NCBI RefSeq assembly: GCF_963676685.1
Contig: NC_092354.1
Coordinates: 50,654,001-50,718,000, forward strand
DNA length: 64,000 nt
Direction: 5' to 3'
DNA from: Mytilus edulis
Taxonomy: Eukaryota
Under the pieces are notes generated by a model that ran no database searches, was not told where the DNA came from, and saw nothing but the letters and a program-made list of their open reading frames with translations. The position numbers were made by a program, and so were the translations under genes. Position 1 is the first letter of the stretch. Every line of letters begins with the position of its first letter. This document shows positions 37,863 through 48,062 of the stretch, piece by piece.

Positions 37863-39146
37863 CTATGGCCTGGCATATCTTCCAATAAACAGCGGTGCCC
37901 CTGTTTCGTCATCCTGAATGACAAACAGGAAAGGATGATCTGCCACGAATTCAAATGGCTGAGGATCAGGGATCCTCGCCGAAGTTAATGCAATATTTAA
38001 TGTAGTAGCGGCTGCAGCCTCGCTTCCCTCTTCGTTCACTTCAATAAAAGCTTTGTGACGGGCATCAGTCACGCGGACGCGAGTGGCATCAGATTTGAAC
38101 ATTTCACTAAAGTCAGCAATTTTGTCGTCAAAGATTTCTGTAATTCCTAAAGCTGTACAAACTGGCTTCAAATCGTACTCGCTTGTCATTGTAAATTTCG
38201 GAATTCGTATTATTGTTTCTTGTGTCTTTAAACTGCTTAAGAGTGTTTTGAAAGTATTAACGGTAAGTTTACTTTCTAGTTCGGACAGTCCATCACCAGA
38301 ATTTGGCAAAACAAATATCATAGAGATCTGATTTCCCTGATATGGCAGTTGTAAAACCTTGCAGTCAAGCGAAAGGTCCTCACCAGATTTTGCATCAAAC
38401 TTGCCATACATCATATTTACCAGCTTCTGTTCATTCGCTCTCACGAAAAAGTTTCTTTGTGAGGTGTCATTCGTGTTAAATTCTTTTTCCCATTTGCCTT
38501 TAAAGTAAATAGCGTTTGTTAATACTAATAAAGTATTTGCATTCAGAAGACCTTTTGGAATCATATTTTGTATTCGGTTGTTTGTATTATTAGAAATCCA
38601 ATTATTTATTGTCAATCGTGAATTTTCCGCTTCTTTTACAAAATCCAAGGGTTCAACATCACTTCCATAATATGTAGACGCTTTTGTAGAAAAAGTGTTC
38701 AACAGGTTAAGACCCTTACTGCTGTATAACCTGTTTGCCATAGATAATGTAACTCCGGATGTTGTTCTCGTAAAGAGCTTCTCATTAAGAAGTTTGTATC
38801 CCTGGTCAATATCATCTGGTTCTTCATATTCGAAAATGACCGACTTCATCTGTTTGTTTGTCGTTTTGCCGGTTCCGAGCATAAGGAGTAACAATGCTGA
38901 CGTAATACTGTATGGTGAAAGGAATTCATTTCCAGTTCTGTCTAGTTTGCTGTACAAAGAGTTGGAAAAATTTGCAATTCCTTCTTCGAAGACTATATTC
39001 GATCTATTGACCGGAGACGAAAAATGTGTAAACCCTTCTTCGAAGACTATATCCGAACTATTAACCAGAGAAGAAAAATTCGCAATCCCTTCTTCTAAAA
39101 TTATATTCGATCCATTAACCTGAGAAGCCATGGAAGAGGTATTCAT
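37863..39146 (-). CDS. Serpin S4, 427 aa, with triplicated N-terminal 18-aa segment
   Basis: Full set of serpin motifs. RCL EEGSEAAAATTLNIALT-SARIP, predicted P1 Thr. An alternative start lies at 39131 (MASQ). Confidence 0.96.
   Translation of the reverse strand: MNTSSMASQVNGSNIILEEGIANFSSLVNSSDIVFEEGFTHFSSPVNRSNIVFEEGIANFSNSLYSKLDRTGNEFLSPYSITSALLLLMLGTGKTTNKQMKSVIFEYEEPDDIDQGYKLLNEKLFTRTTSGVTLSMANRLYSSKGLNLLNTFSTKASTYYGSDVEPLDFVKEAENSRLTINNWISNNTNNRIQNMIPKGLLNANTLLVLTNAIYFKGKWEKEFNTNDTSQRNFFVRANEQKLVNMMYGKFDAKSGEDLSLDCKVLQLPYQGNQISMIFVLPNSGDGLSELESKLTVNTFKTLLSSLKTQETIIRIPKFTMTSEYDLKPVCTALGITEIFDDKIADFSEMFKSDATRVRVTDARHKAFIEVNEEGSEAAAATTLNIALTSARIPDPQPFEFVADHPFLFVIQDDETGAPLFIGRYARP
38962..39123 (-). 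repeat. In-frame 54-bp tandem repeat x3 in S4
   Basis: gaaaaa anchors at 38965, 39019 and 39073. Encodes QVNGSNIILEEGIANFSS / LVNSSDIVFEEGFTHFSS / PVNRSNIVFEEGIANFSN. Confidence 0.95.
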
Positions 39147-39874
39147 GATAAAGTAAATATACTAGGAGTATTTTTTTTTCAATGATGCATCTTTATATAT
39201 ACCATGTATACTTTACTTGTCAGCCTTGACAAATGTTTGTTTGTAAGACTATTTATAAGCTTTAATGCCATGCATTAATCAACGTCATTTGACTAACAGT
39301 ATGTCTACCATCAGTGACACGCCTAACTTATACCTTGGTATTTTGATTACGGCTTTCTTCTCTTGTTGACAGTTGTGTGCACTTTAATAAGACCTCATTA
39401 ACTTTATTCTTTTAAATTATTTTATTCGGTTAATCCTAATAAAGCCAACATTTGTTTGTTACCTTTTTATGACGGCATTTGTTTTATTGAGGATTTAGTC
39501 CCATTTCTATATCTGTATAAAGGTAATTGACACCAAAGTGTAATATCGACTATCAAGTGCATTTGACGAGTGAATTAGTCCAATTAGAAACTAAAATTGA
39601 GAATGGAAATGGGGAATCTGTCACAGATACAACAACCCGACCATAGAGCAGACCACAGCTGAAGCCCACCAATGGGTCTTCAATGCAGCGAGAAATTTAC
39701 GCACCCGGAGGCGTCCTTCACCTGGCCCCTAAACAAATGTGTATACTAGTTCAGTGATAATGGACGCTTACAGAATTGAAGGATTTTTAGTTTTGAGAAT
39801 GAGTCATTACAAAATAACCACAACTTATTTGAGAAAATTATGTAAATGTATGAGTGTCAGGTAGACTCACTGTA

Positions 39875-40897
39875 AGGTTGTACTTTGTAAATATAGCTGT
39901 TTCTCAAACCATGCATCTTTTGGGGAGATATAAAATACTCATAGATAATTAATTTTGTTTCATACTGGTTCCCAGTTATGATTTCTATGTTTCATCTCAT
40001 ATAGATATAACTTGGGAATGTTATATGTAAATTTACACATTGTTTATATTGAAATCTGTGGTTATCCTACAGGCGAGGTAGGGGTATATATAGTTAAGAA
40101 AGTTAGTGTTAGTTTAAACTCTTAGAAGTTTGGGCATATAAACATTGAAAATATGCCGCATAGCCCTATTGTTTTACCTTTGAAAAAAATAATAGTGCAT
40201 ATGAACTTTCCATTCTAGGATATGATTGTTTTTCAAAACTTCATAGTAAAAGTGGTACAGTTTTAGCCGTGAAAGGAGTTGTTTTGGGAAATTGCATTGT
40301 CAATATTTAAACAAATGCATCATATAACTGCCATATTGAATTGTATAAAAGCAGTTCAAAATCAGCAACATTTGCAAATTTTGAGACCCAATGACAATTG
40401 ATTTGTTAATAGGTGCTTTTAATAATGAAAAAATAGGGATTAATTGCATGATTTAAATTGTTTTAAAAATATCATCTTTTTGTTTTTGTTCGAATCCATG
40501 CTCTACTAAATATAGGCACTTTAATGGAAGAAGACTCTTGGTAAGATATTTGAAATTAATTTTGATTGATTATTTTACGAATAGAAAGAAGACAAGTTCG
40601 CTTACACCATTTAAATTTTATTTTCGTAAAACGTATTTTTAAACTTATCTTCTCATATTTTATTTCAAATTTCTATCTCATAAAAAATTAAATCATCTTA
40701 GCTGAACGTGTTTTTGTCATGAATTATATGAGCAAATTTGGTCAATTTTACACGACCTGTAGCTTGACAAATGCTCGGGTGAGCCAGATTTGGTATTTTG
40801 GAAAGTTCATAGCACAGTCTTTATATTGTAGCAAAGTGTAAGAAGACTTCGCAGAAGAACTATTTAGAAAAATGATCAATCTAAGAAAATTCAACCT
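39875..40897. mobile_element. Non-autonomous DNA element with AGGTTG termini (Kolobok-like, tentative)
   Basis: Starts aggttgtac and ends ttcaacct. The first ~440 bp match 62442-62891. Confidence 0.6.
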
Positions 40898-41889
40898 AAA
40901 GGCTTTCCTTGATCAAATTAAGGAAAGCAGGGGCGAAACTCAATTATGATCTTAATCAACTAAATATTATACTTAGAAGAAAGTCACCGTGATGTGCATG
41001 TATTACCTAATATAACAAGAAGGCAAACACACGTATATACTAAATTATTGCGTTAATAAGAACCATATAATTATTCCTGTCAGATAACGATTTTCAAAAT
41101 TATAAAAAGATATGATAATTAACAATTTACTATTGCCTGATTTTATCAGAAAATGATGAAAACTCTAGCCATTTGGACCAAAGACACAGTTATCGTCCTT
41201 TAGTTTTCGTTGTCTACGAATATAGTCCCTAGTGTAAACAGTGTATAGCTTGCATGTTTTATTTGATATATTTTGAATTATTTCCCAATTTATTTCTTGA
41301 TATTAAATGCATGAAATATTAAAAAGGGGGATGTAATTACATTTTAAAAAAATTTGGGTGCTGAATCTTTATGTTAAGTAGTGATATGGTCAAGTTCAAA
41401 AAGGTCAAATTTTATCACGTCTGAAGCTGTGAAACTGAATTTTACACCCCCTTCACACAGAATTGTCAATATTTTGAGTTAGAGCTGGTAGAAGTTTCTG
41501 TAATTCTGTGATATTATTTGTCTCCGTGGTAGTACACTGCACTGTAAAAATCTTTTTAAGAAAGAGCAGGTGCCATTTTTCAAATTTGAATTTATTGTCT
41601 AAAAGAAATGAACTACGAAATAACTGTGTTCTCGTGCCATTTTAAACAATTCTGAAAATTACACAAAGCGTGAGATATCAAAGACGGAGATAGAAATGTA
41701 CCTTATGATTATATGTAAAGATTGCAGCATATCAATATTATACTATTCGGATTAAAGAATCCAACTTTCAATATTATTATTAGTACCCATTTTAAATATA
41801 CATATCTTTTGATGAAAGGTAAAATAGAAAACCGATATTGAAATACAAACTGTTTTGTATATTTAGAATAGTTTAAATGTTACTTTGTT

Positions 41890-42040
41890 TTGACGTGTTT
41901 TCCTGAAACGCAAATATATTATACACGACTTTATTATTACAAAATCACATGACCTTGACAAAGATAACTACATGTGGTTTGTTTCTTGATGAAAAATTGG
42001 TTACAATTAAACACAAGTTAAAGTATCATCTATTACGAAT
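41890..42040. promoter_or_regulatory. Conserved upstream non-coding block (S4 copy)
   Basis: Diverged homologue of 16290-16440, with TGACCTTGA at 41950-41958. Confidence 0.5.
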
Positions 42041-43289
42041 GAAGTGAGCATGCACAACAATAAAACATGTTTAGACTGGAATGTATGTAGGAGTATAGAA
42101 TAATTGGTTTGACAATAAGGAGATGTTGAGTGTTTTCAACATGGACACATTTTAGCCAAACGACACATAATAAGGATACGAATAACTACAGGTCTCCGTG
42201 CGGTCTTCCCAAATGACTAAAATGCGTCTGTTTTTGCCAGCTATGAAAGGTAATGAGATCTCACAACATGTTTAATGAAAAACAGTGATCGAAATATTAT
42301 TGCAGACACCAACAATAACAAAACAGTGAAATGCATGTTCATGGCTGGCGACGGGCACATTTGGCAGGAATGATTTTGTCAACTTGCACCCAAACTTAAT
42401 CTCAATCTTAATTTGGTTGTTTGCTATATTCCTAAGATTTTGAAACAAACAAATCTTTTTCAATGATAAAAAGAGACTCGATAGGGACATTCAAATAAAT
42501 AAAATGATAAAAGTCATGACAAAATAAAACCCTCAAACGATCAAAAGACAATCGATAGTACACAAGAAAACAACATAGACTAATAACACGAATCTCTTTA
42601 AACTGGGAGTGTTCTCATATGCTCACAAACGGCTAGGAGATCTTGCTCCACATGTGAAACTCGTCGTTTTTCTCGTATAAAATACATTTATTTGTTAAAT
42701 GAAGTTATTCTTTATCGATCAATAGTATTTATTTAGTAGTTATTAATATGATATCGCCAGGTTCGAAATCCACCGGTCATGTAAATTATCTAACGTAACG
42801 GTGAAACTCATTAATATGTTGTATATCAAAATATAGATAACCCATACCTAAGGTAAGAGAAACATGAACGCCTTTAGAAAAAAACCTGGAGATAAGTTAA
42901 TTCGGAAATTCATATTCTAGGAAAAATGAATGTGATTGTGAGAACGACAGTCTTTATCTTTCTATACTGAAGTCGCATGCTCGTTTAGTATACTTTGCTC
43001 TCTTTTGAAACATATCCGCCGTCATATGCGAAGCTATCATTTCACAACGGTCAACCATTTCGCGATGATTTTCGGGTGAATAACTAAAGCTTCACACTTG
43101 GAACTCTTGGCTACGAAGATAGCATGTAAACCGACATATCAATACGTTTACAAATTGTGACTTCGATGGAGGGTTGACTCATTGGCCATATCTTCTTATA
43201 GCAATATATATCGTACATGTTATAGTAAATAAAGGCAATCAAAAATATATCACATTGTGGTGCTAATGTGTTTTTTAGTGAAATACTAT

Positions 43290-43521
43290 AGGATTATACA
43301 CATTTTTCTAGAGGATATTGCTGTGTAAACCGGGGAGATTTACTCACAGACTGAATAGTATATCTGAGGTACTTTAATGTTAATTCTGTCTGTAAGAGCT
43401 TATCAACGTATAAACAGTGGACCTACTACAGACTTAACATAAAAGTCCTAATTTTGTTCAGTCTGTGACTTAATCGCCCCGGTTTACACATCAATACCCT
43501 CCACAAAAAGTTGTTTAATCT
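43290..43521. mobile_element. Imperfect ~230-bp palindromic element
   Basis: Arms such as tgtgtaaaccgggg.gatt...tcacagactgaa / ttcagtctgtga...aatc.ccccggtttacaca. Confidence 0.7.
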
Positions 43522-45504
43522 TTATAATTTTTAGCCAAATATTCGTAATTTCGATTAAATTGTTTGTGTAATGTCTACTTTAATTGCCATCAAGTACATA
43601 ATTGACATGTCGTTACTAAGGAGTTGGCAACCATATTGTCTTTATAAAATCCATAAATTTTCGATTAATGAAGCAGAATAAAAACTGAAATAGCACCTAC
43701 CTATCCAAATTGAAAGCGTGCGGGTAACGAATAATATTTCGTTTGAAAATTTTCATTCGTATGACATCGTGTTTTGCCATGACGTAAATTCGCTGAATCA
43801 TTCACTACATTTCGCAGAATCATATTTAATTTTCATGTGACATATTTTCCTAACTTTAATGCATTATTTCTATTTTGTTATATGTTAGAATTGAAACAAC
43901 TATCATGTATTTTTTTCAAATAATATTTTCTGAATGTGTATCGCGCATAAATAGATCACAGTGAAGGTTACTGGAATTTACTTTACATATGTCATGTACG
44001 TTTTATGTTATTTTACCTTATCAAATTATAGAGCACCAAAATAACCAAAAATAAGAGACGAAACGTGTGTATGGCGTACACAATTTCAATCCTGGTATAT
44101 AAGGTGAGTGTATGAAACGTGTAGTGATACGATTTCAAATTTTATGAATGCTTATATTCGTAAGCTCTATAAAAAAATGAATAGAAGCATTGCATAAAAT
44201 TGAAAATTGTATCAAAGGTAGTAAAGGTAACCCAGCCAGAAGCATCGTATTAATTGACAGATATATATATATACTCTATATACAGTCGATTATTCACTTG
44301 TAATAAAAATTATCCATTCCAGAGTGTTGCTGAGTGTCTAGAAGATTTGTATCAAAGATGACGGATATAGCATACTCATCATATTACTGAACTATTGTGA
44401 AATCACGAAACGAGACAAACATCATGTATTTACAGGCAATAAATAACATGATGGCTGCCACGAGTAGGGTATAAAATTTGTAAGAATCCTGAACACCTGC
44501 GTTTACTCCTTTTTCTAGTTAGGCTTTTCTATTCTATATGATGACTGTGCGGACTGTTTATCTTTTGTTTTTATTGTTTGCCTTAGTAAATGTAAATTTT
44601 CTGCTAACCCTGTTTAACCGGCCCAGTATGCATAGTTTTACAATTGTAACTTTACACATTGTATGATGAGGAGTTCTAAAGTTTAGTTCCTCACGACGCA
44701 TGCCTATATGTCTATTACCTGTAAATGATCTTTGTAGCATACCTTTTTGTCTCATGTGTCCCATCTTTTGCACATGGGGTCTTGGGTGAGATATATTTCA
44801 TGGCTAACCCCCAGTTATTGGCGGGTTTCGTGTTGTTCAATCAATTAGTGTGTATGTTGTGTTTTATGTATTGTTGTTTGTCTGTTGGTTATTTTCTGGT
44901 TTTTTTTGTCATGGTGTTTAAGATTATTTTCCACTGATGAGATCGAATTTGCCTTTGGTCAGGTTAGTATCGTTCCCCTCTCTTTTGATAGCATTACCAA
45001 TTATGAAGACTCGAGAATTGTTATACGGTGTCGAGGGGTTTCATTAGTGTACACTGTGTGGTTTGAGAAACAGTTTTAACCACAACAAATATAAAAATGG
45101 GAGAGCAATTGCAAAAGAAGATTGAAAAAAGCATGCATAAATATACAAGAATATAAGTCAGTTAAAGTTTAAATGTCTCTTTTATTACGAAAAGATAAAA
45201 ACATGAGGCAAACTAAGAAATTTATCGCTGGCGGATTGAACGCAGATTGATTATGAAAACCACAAGATGAGCAGATGCGCAGTTAACATGTAGGAAAAAT
45301 CCGATCTTCTTGCTATTCCTGATAAAGGTTAACAACTCATAAACTACTTACAGTGCGTTTTTGTTAGATTCAAAACAAAATATAAATGACAAAAACACGA
45401 TACGCTATTACTCTCTGTTATGATGCTTTGTATTAACAATAGGGAAATGATTATTTATACATGTCTAGTAGTTCTCTGTTGTTGTACCTTTACTGGAACA
45501 ACTA

Positions 45505-45668
45505 CTGTTGATTTATCTATTTTCGCGGATATCAATTTTCATGGATTGAGGAAAACTTTCGAATTCGTATAGAACATTTGTAATTCGATGTTTATTGGAA
45601 TTCGTGGTTTCCAGTTGACCATGAAATCAACAAAAATTGGTATTCAACGAATAATAATGAATCAACAT
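45505..45668. mobile_element. Tc1/mariner-type MITE in the S5 3' flank
   Basis: Imperfect TIRs ctgttgattta.. / ..tgaatcaaca with TA flanks. Confidence 0.5.
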
Positions 45669-45751
45669 TACCATCAGTATGATTGACATTAAAAAGAATA
45701 CACGTTGAATAATGTAACATGTTCATATGATAAAATAAATGACATGATATA

Positions 45752-46903
45752 CTATGGTCTTGTGTATCTTCCAATAAACAGCGGTGTTCCTGTCTCGTCA
45801 TCCTGAATAATGAACAAAAAAGGATGATCTGCTACAAACTGGAATGGTGTTGGTTTAGGAACTGTGTTTGACCTCATTTGTATAACGGCCGTAGTGGCTG
45901 CTGCCGCCTCGCTTCCTTCTTCGTTTACCTCAATATAAGCTTTGTGACGCATATCACTCACGTGTGCATGAGATGGAGTCATTTCACTAAAATCTGCTAT
46001 CATTGGATCAAATATTTCCGTAACTCCTAATATTGACATTATAGGTTTTAAATCGTACTCACGTTGCATTGTAAATTTTGGAATTCGAATGATTGTTCTC
46101 TGTGTCTTTAGTTCGTTTAAAAGTGTAGTTAAGTCATCCATTGTAATTGTATCTTCAAGTTCAGTGAGTCCGGCACCAGAATTTGGTAAAACAAATATCA
46201 TAGACATCTTGTTTCCTTTGTACGGAAGCTGCAAAATCTTACAGTCGAGATCAAGGTCTTCGCCAGACTTAGCATCAAACTCACCATACATCATACGAAC
46301 AAGTGTTTGCTCGCTTGTGCCGATAAAAAAGTTTCTTTGTCTTGTGTCATTCTTCTTAAATTCCGTTTTCCATGTTCCTTTGAAGTAAATAGCGTTAGCA
46401 AGAACAAGTAATGTATCTTTATTAAGAATATTTTTCGGAATGATATTTTTAATTTTGTTGTTTGTATTTGCAGATATCCAGTTATTTATTGTCAATCGTG
46501 AATTTTCCGTATTTTTAGCAAAATCCAAGCGGTCAACTTCACTACCATAGATGGTTAATGCCTTTGTAGAGAAAGTTGTTAAAAGATTTAGACCCTGTCT
46601 AGCGTATAACTTATTAGCAATAGAAAATGTAACGCCCGGTGTTGTTCTCGTCACTAGTTTGTCATTAAGAATTGTGTATCCTTGGTGGACATCAGTTGGT
46701 TCTTCATATTCAAAAATGGCAGTCTCCATTTCATATTTTGTCGTGGTTCCGGTTCCTAGAATGAGCAATAACAACGCGGACGTGATACTGTATGGTGAAA
46801 TGAATTCATTGCCTGTTCTCTCTAGTGCACTGTACAGGAAAATCGAAAAATTTGCAATCCCTTCTTCGAATATAACATTGGATACTGCAGGCTGAATATT
46901 CAT
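45752..46903 (-). CDS. Serpin S5, 383 aa, predicted inhibitor of trypsin-like proteases
   Basis: Full set of serpin motifs. RCL EEGSEAAAATTAVIQMR-SNTVP, P1-P1' Arg-Ser in the canonical 17-residue register. Confidence 0.97.
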   Translation of the reverse strand: MNIQPAVSNVIFEEGIANFSIFLYSALERTGNEFISPYSITSALLLLILGTGTTTKYEMETAIFEYEEPTDVHQGYTILNDKLVTRTTPGVTFSIANKLYARQGLNLLTTFSTKALTIYGSEVDRLDFAKNTENSRLTINNWISANTNNKIKNIIPKNILNKDTLLVLANAIYFKGTWKTEFKKNDTRQRNFFIGTSEQTLVRMMYGEFDAKSGEDLDLDCKILQLPYKGNKMSMIFVLPNSGAGLTELEDTITMDDLTTLLNELKTQRTIIRIPKFTMQREYDLKPIMSILGVTEIFDPMIADFSEMTPSHAHVSDMRHKAYIEVNEEGSEAAAATTAVIQMRSNTVPKPTPFQFVADHPFLFIIQDDETGTPLFIGRYTRP

Positions 46904-47087
46904 TAGAAAAAGTTATAAGGAAAACAATATTCAGTAAAGTAAATATGCTAGAAGTAAAAATGAATGCAATGTATCATTTTATATACTAGGCCCTGTCATA
47001 TTTGACACTTGTTTTCTGACAAGAATATTAACGTATAAGTTTTAAATTAGCGTAATGTCTTTTGGAAAATAATTTATCTGCAATTTA

Positions 47088-47258
47088 CAGTGAAACCTGG
47101 CTAAACGGAATCCTGCATAAACCGAAAACCTGTATAAAGAAAACATGTTCTGAAGCACCGTTATATCATATTGCATGCGTTGTAAACCAGATAAAACCGA
47201 ACATCGGCCAAAACCGAGCAAAATCTTCGAAGAGGTTCGGCTCAGCCAGGTTTCACTG
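47088..47258. mobile_element. Tc1/mariner (pogo/Tigger-like) MITE
   Basis: TIRs cagtgaaacctggct / agccaggtttcactg, with a TA TSD on both sides. Confidence 0.9.
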
Positions 47259-47585
47259 TATAAAGATTGTGATTTAGGTGGTTAGATACTTATCTGTTGC
47301 TGACAAGTTCCTTGAACCTAAAAAACCCTCATCATTTCAAAAGTTTCAAACTTGTACTCATATAATACGGGTTAAAACCGGAATATCCAATATACTATTA
47401 TAGAACCTGTTTCGTTGTTTTGGACTGTGCAATTATTTACTGATTAGGGACTTTCCAATTTGAATTTTCAACGGAGTTTAGTATTTTTTGTGATTTTACT
47501 ATCTACGTGTGTATAAAAACAATATCAATGAACTGAATAATGACTTATTCAAAAAATATTTCACACTGGATAGGAAACATCTAAA

Positions 47586-47586
<1 letters not shown>

Positions 47587-47636
<50 letters not shown>
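47587..47636. repeat. (TA)n microsatellite
   Basis: About 25 TA units. A second tract lies at 48003-48060. Confidence 0.98.
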
Positions 47637-47638
<2 letters not shown>

Positions 47639-47968
47639 AAAATTATTAAAAGATAAAAACGGTTTCAATGCATCACTTTTTTACTAGTACTTTCACTGCT
47701 TCCGCAGATCTTCAGGTAATGTGACTTGTATATAAATAAAACAATTGATTGACGTTAACAATAGTATGACGTTAACAAATACAAGGGAGACTACTAATGA
47801 CATTAGTAGTCTCCCTTGTATTTGTTAACGTCATACTATTGTTAACGTCAATCAATTGTTTTATTTATATACAAGTCACATTACCTGAAGATCTGCGGAA
47901 GCAGTGAAAGTACTAGTAAAAAAGTGATGCATTGAAACCGTTTTTATCTTTTAATAATTTTCTTATAT
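47632..47968. repeat. Perfect 337-bp palindrome (168-bp arms, 1-nt spacer at 47800), probable inverted Penelope-like terminal repeat
   Basis: The arms read as exact reverse complements, lie between two (TA)n tracts, and contain a hammerhead motif. Confidence 0.93.
47881..47919 (+). ncRNA. Minimal hammerhead ribozyme motif (mirror copy on minus strand 47681-47719)
   Basis: UUAC CUGAAGA U-CUGC-GGAA-GCAG-U GAAA GUAC UA GUAA: core boxes, GNRA-capped stem II, palindromic AGUACU stem III, CUA triplet. The first pair of stem II is a U-U mismatch. Confidence 0.7.
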
Positions 47969-48000
47969 GTTACCAGCATACGGACTTTACTTAACTTTTT

Positions 48001-48002
<2 letters not shown>

Positions 48003-48060
<58 letters not shown>
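48003..48060. repeat. (TA)n microsatellite
   Basis: About 29 TA units. Confidence 0.98.

Positions 48061-48062
<2 letters not shown>

Larger units (their letters stand above)
27871..38262. repeat. Tandem segmental duplication: 27871-32960 and 32961-38262
   Basis: The intergenic stretches 28867-32560 and 33722-37862 are colinear and highly similar, apart from unit-specific insertions at 28632-28866 and 34576-34971. Confidence 0.92.

Noticed and set aside
28303-46895. Plus-strand ORFs antisense to the serpins (28303, 32781, 38083, 38695, 46089, 46551)
   Set aside because: Shadow ORFs of the coding strand, several with non-ATG starts. They recur only because the serpins are paralogous.
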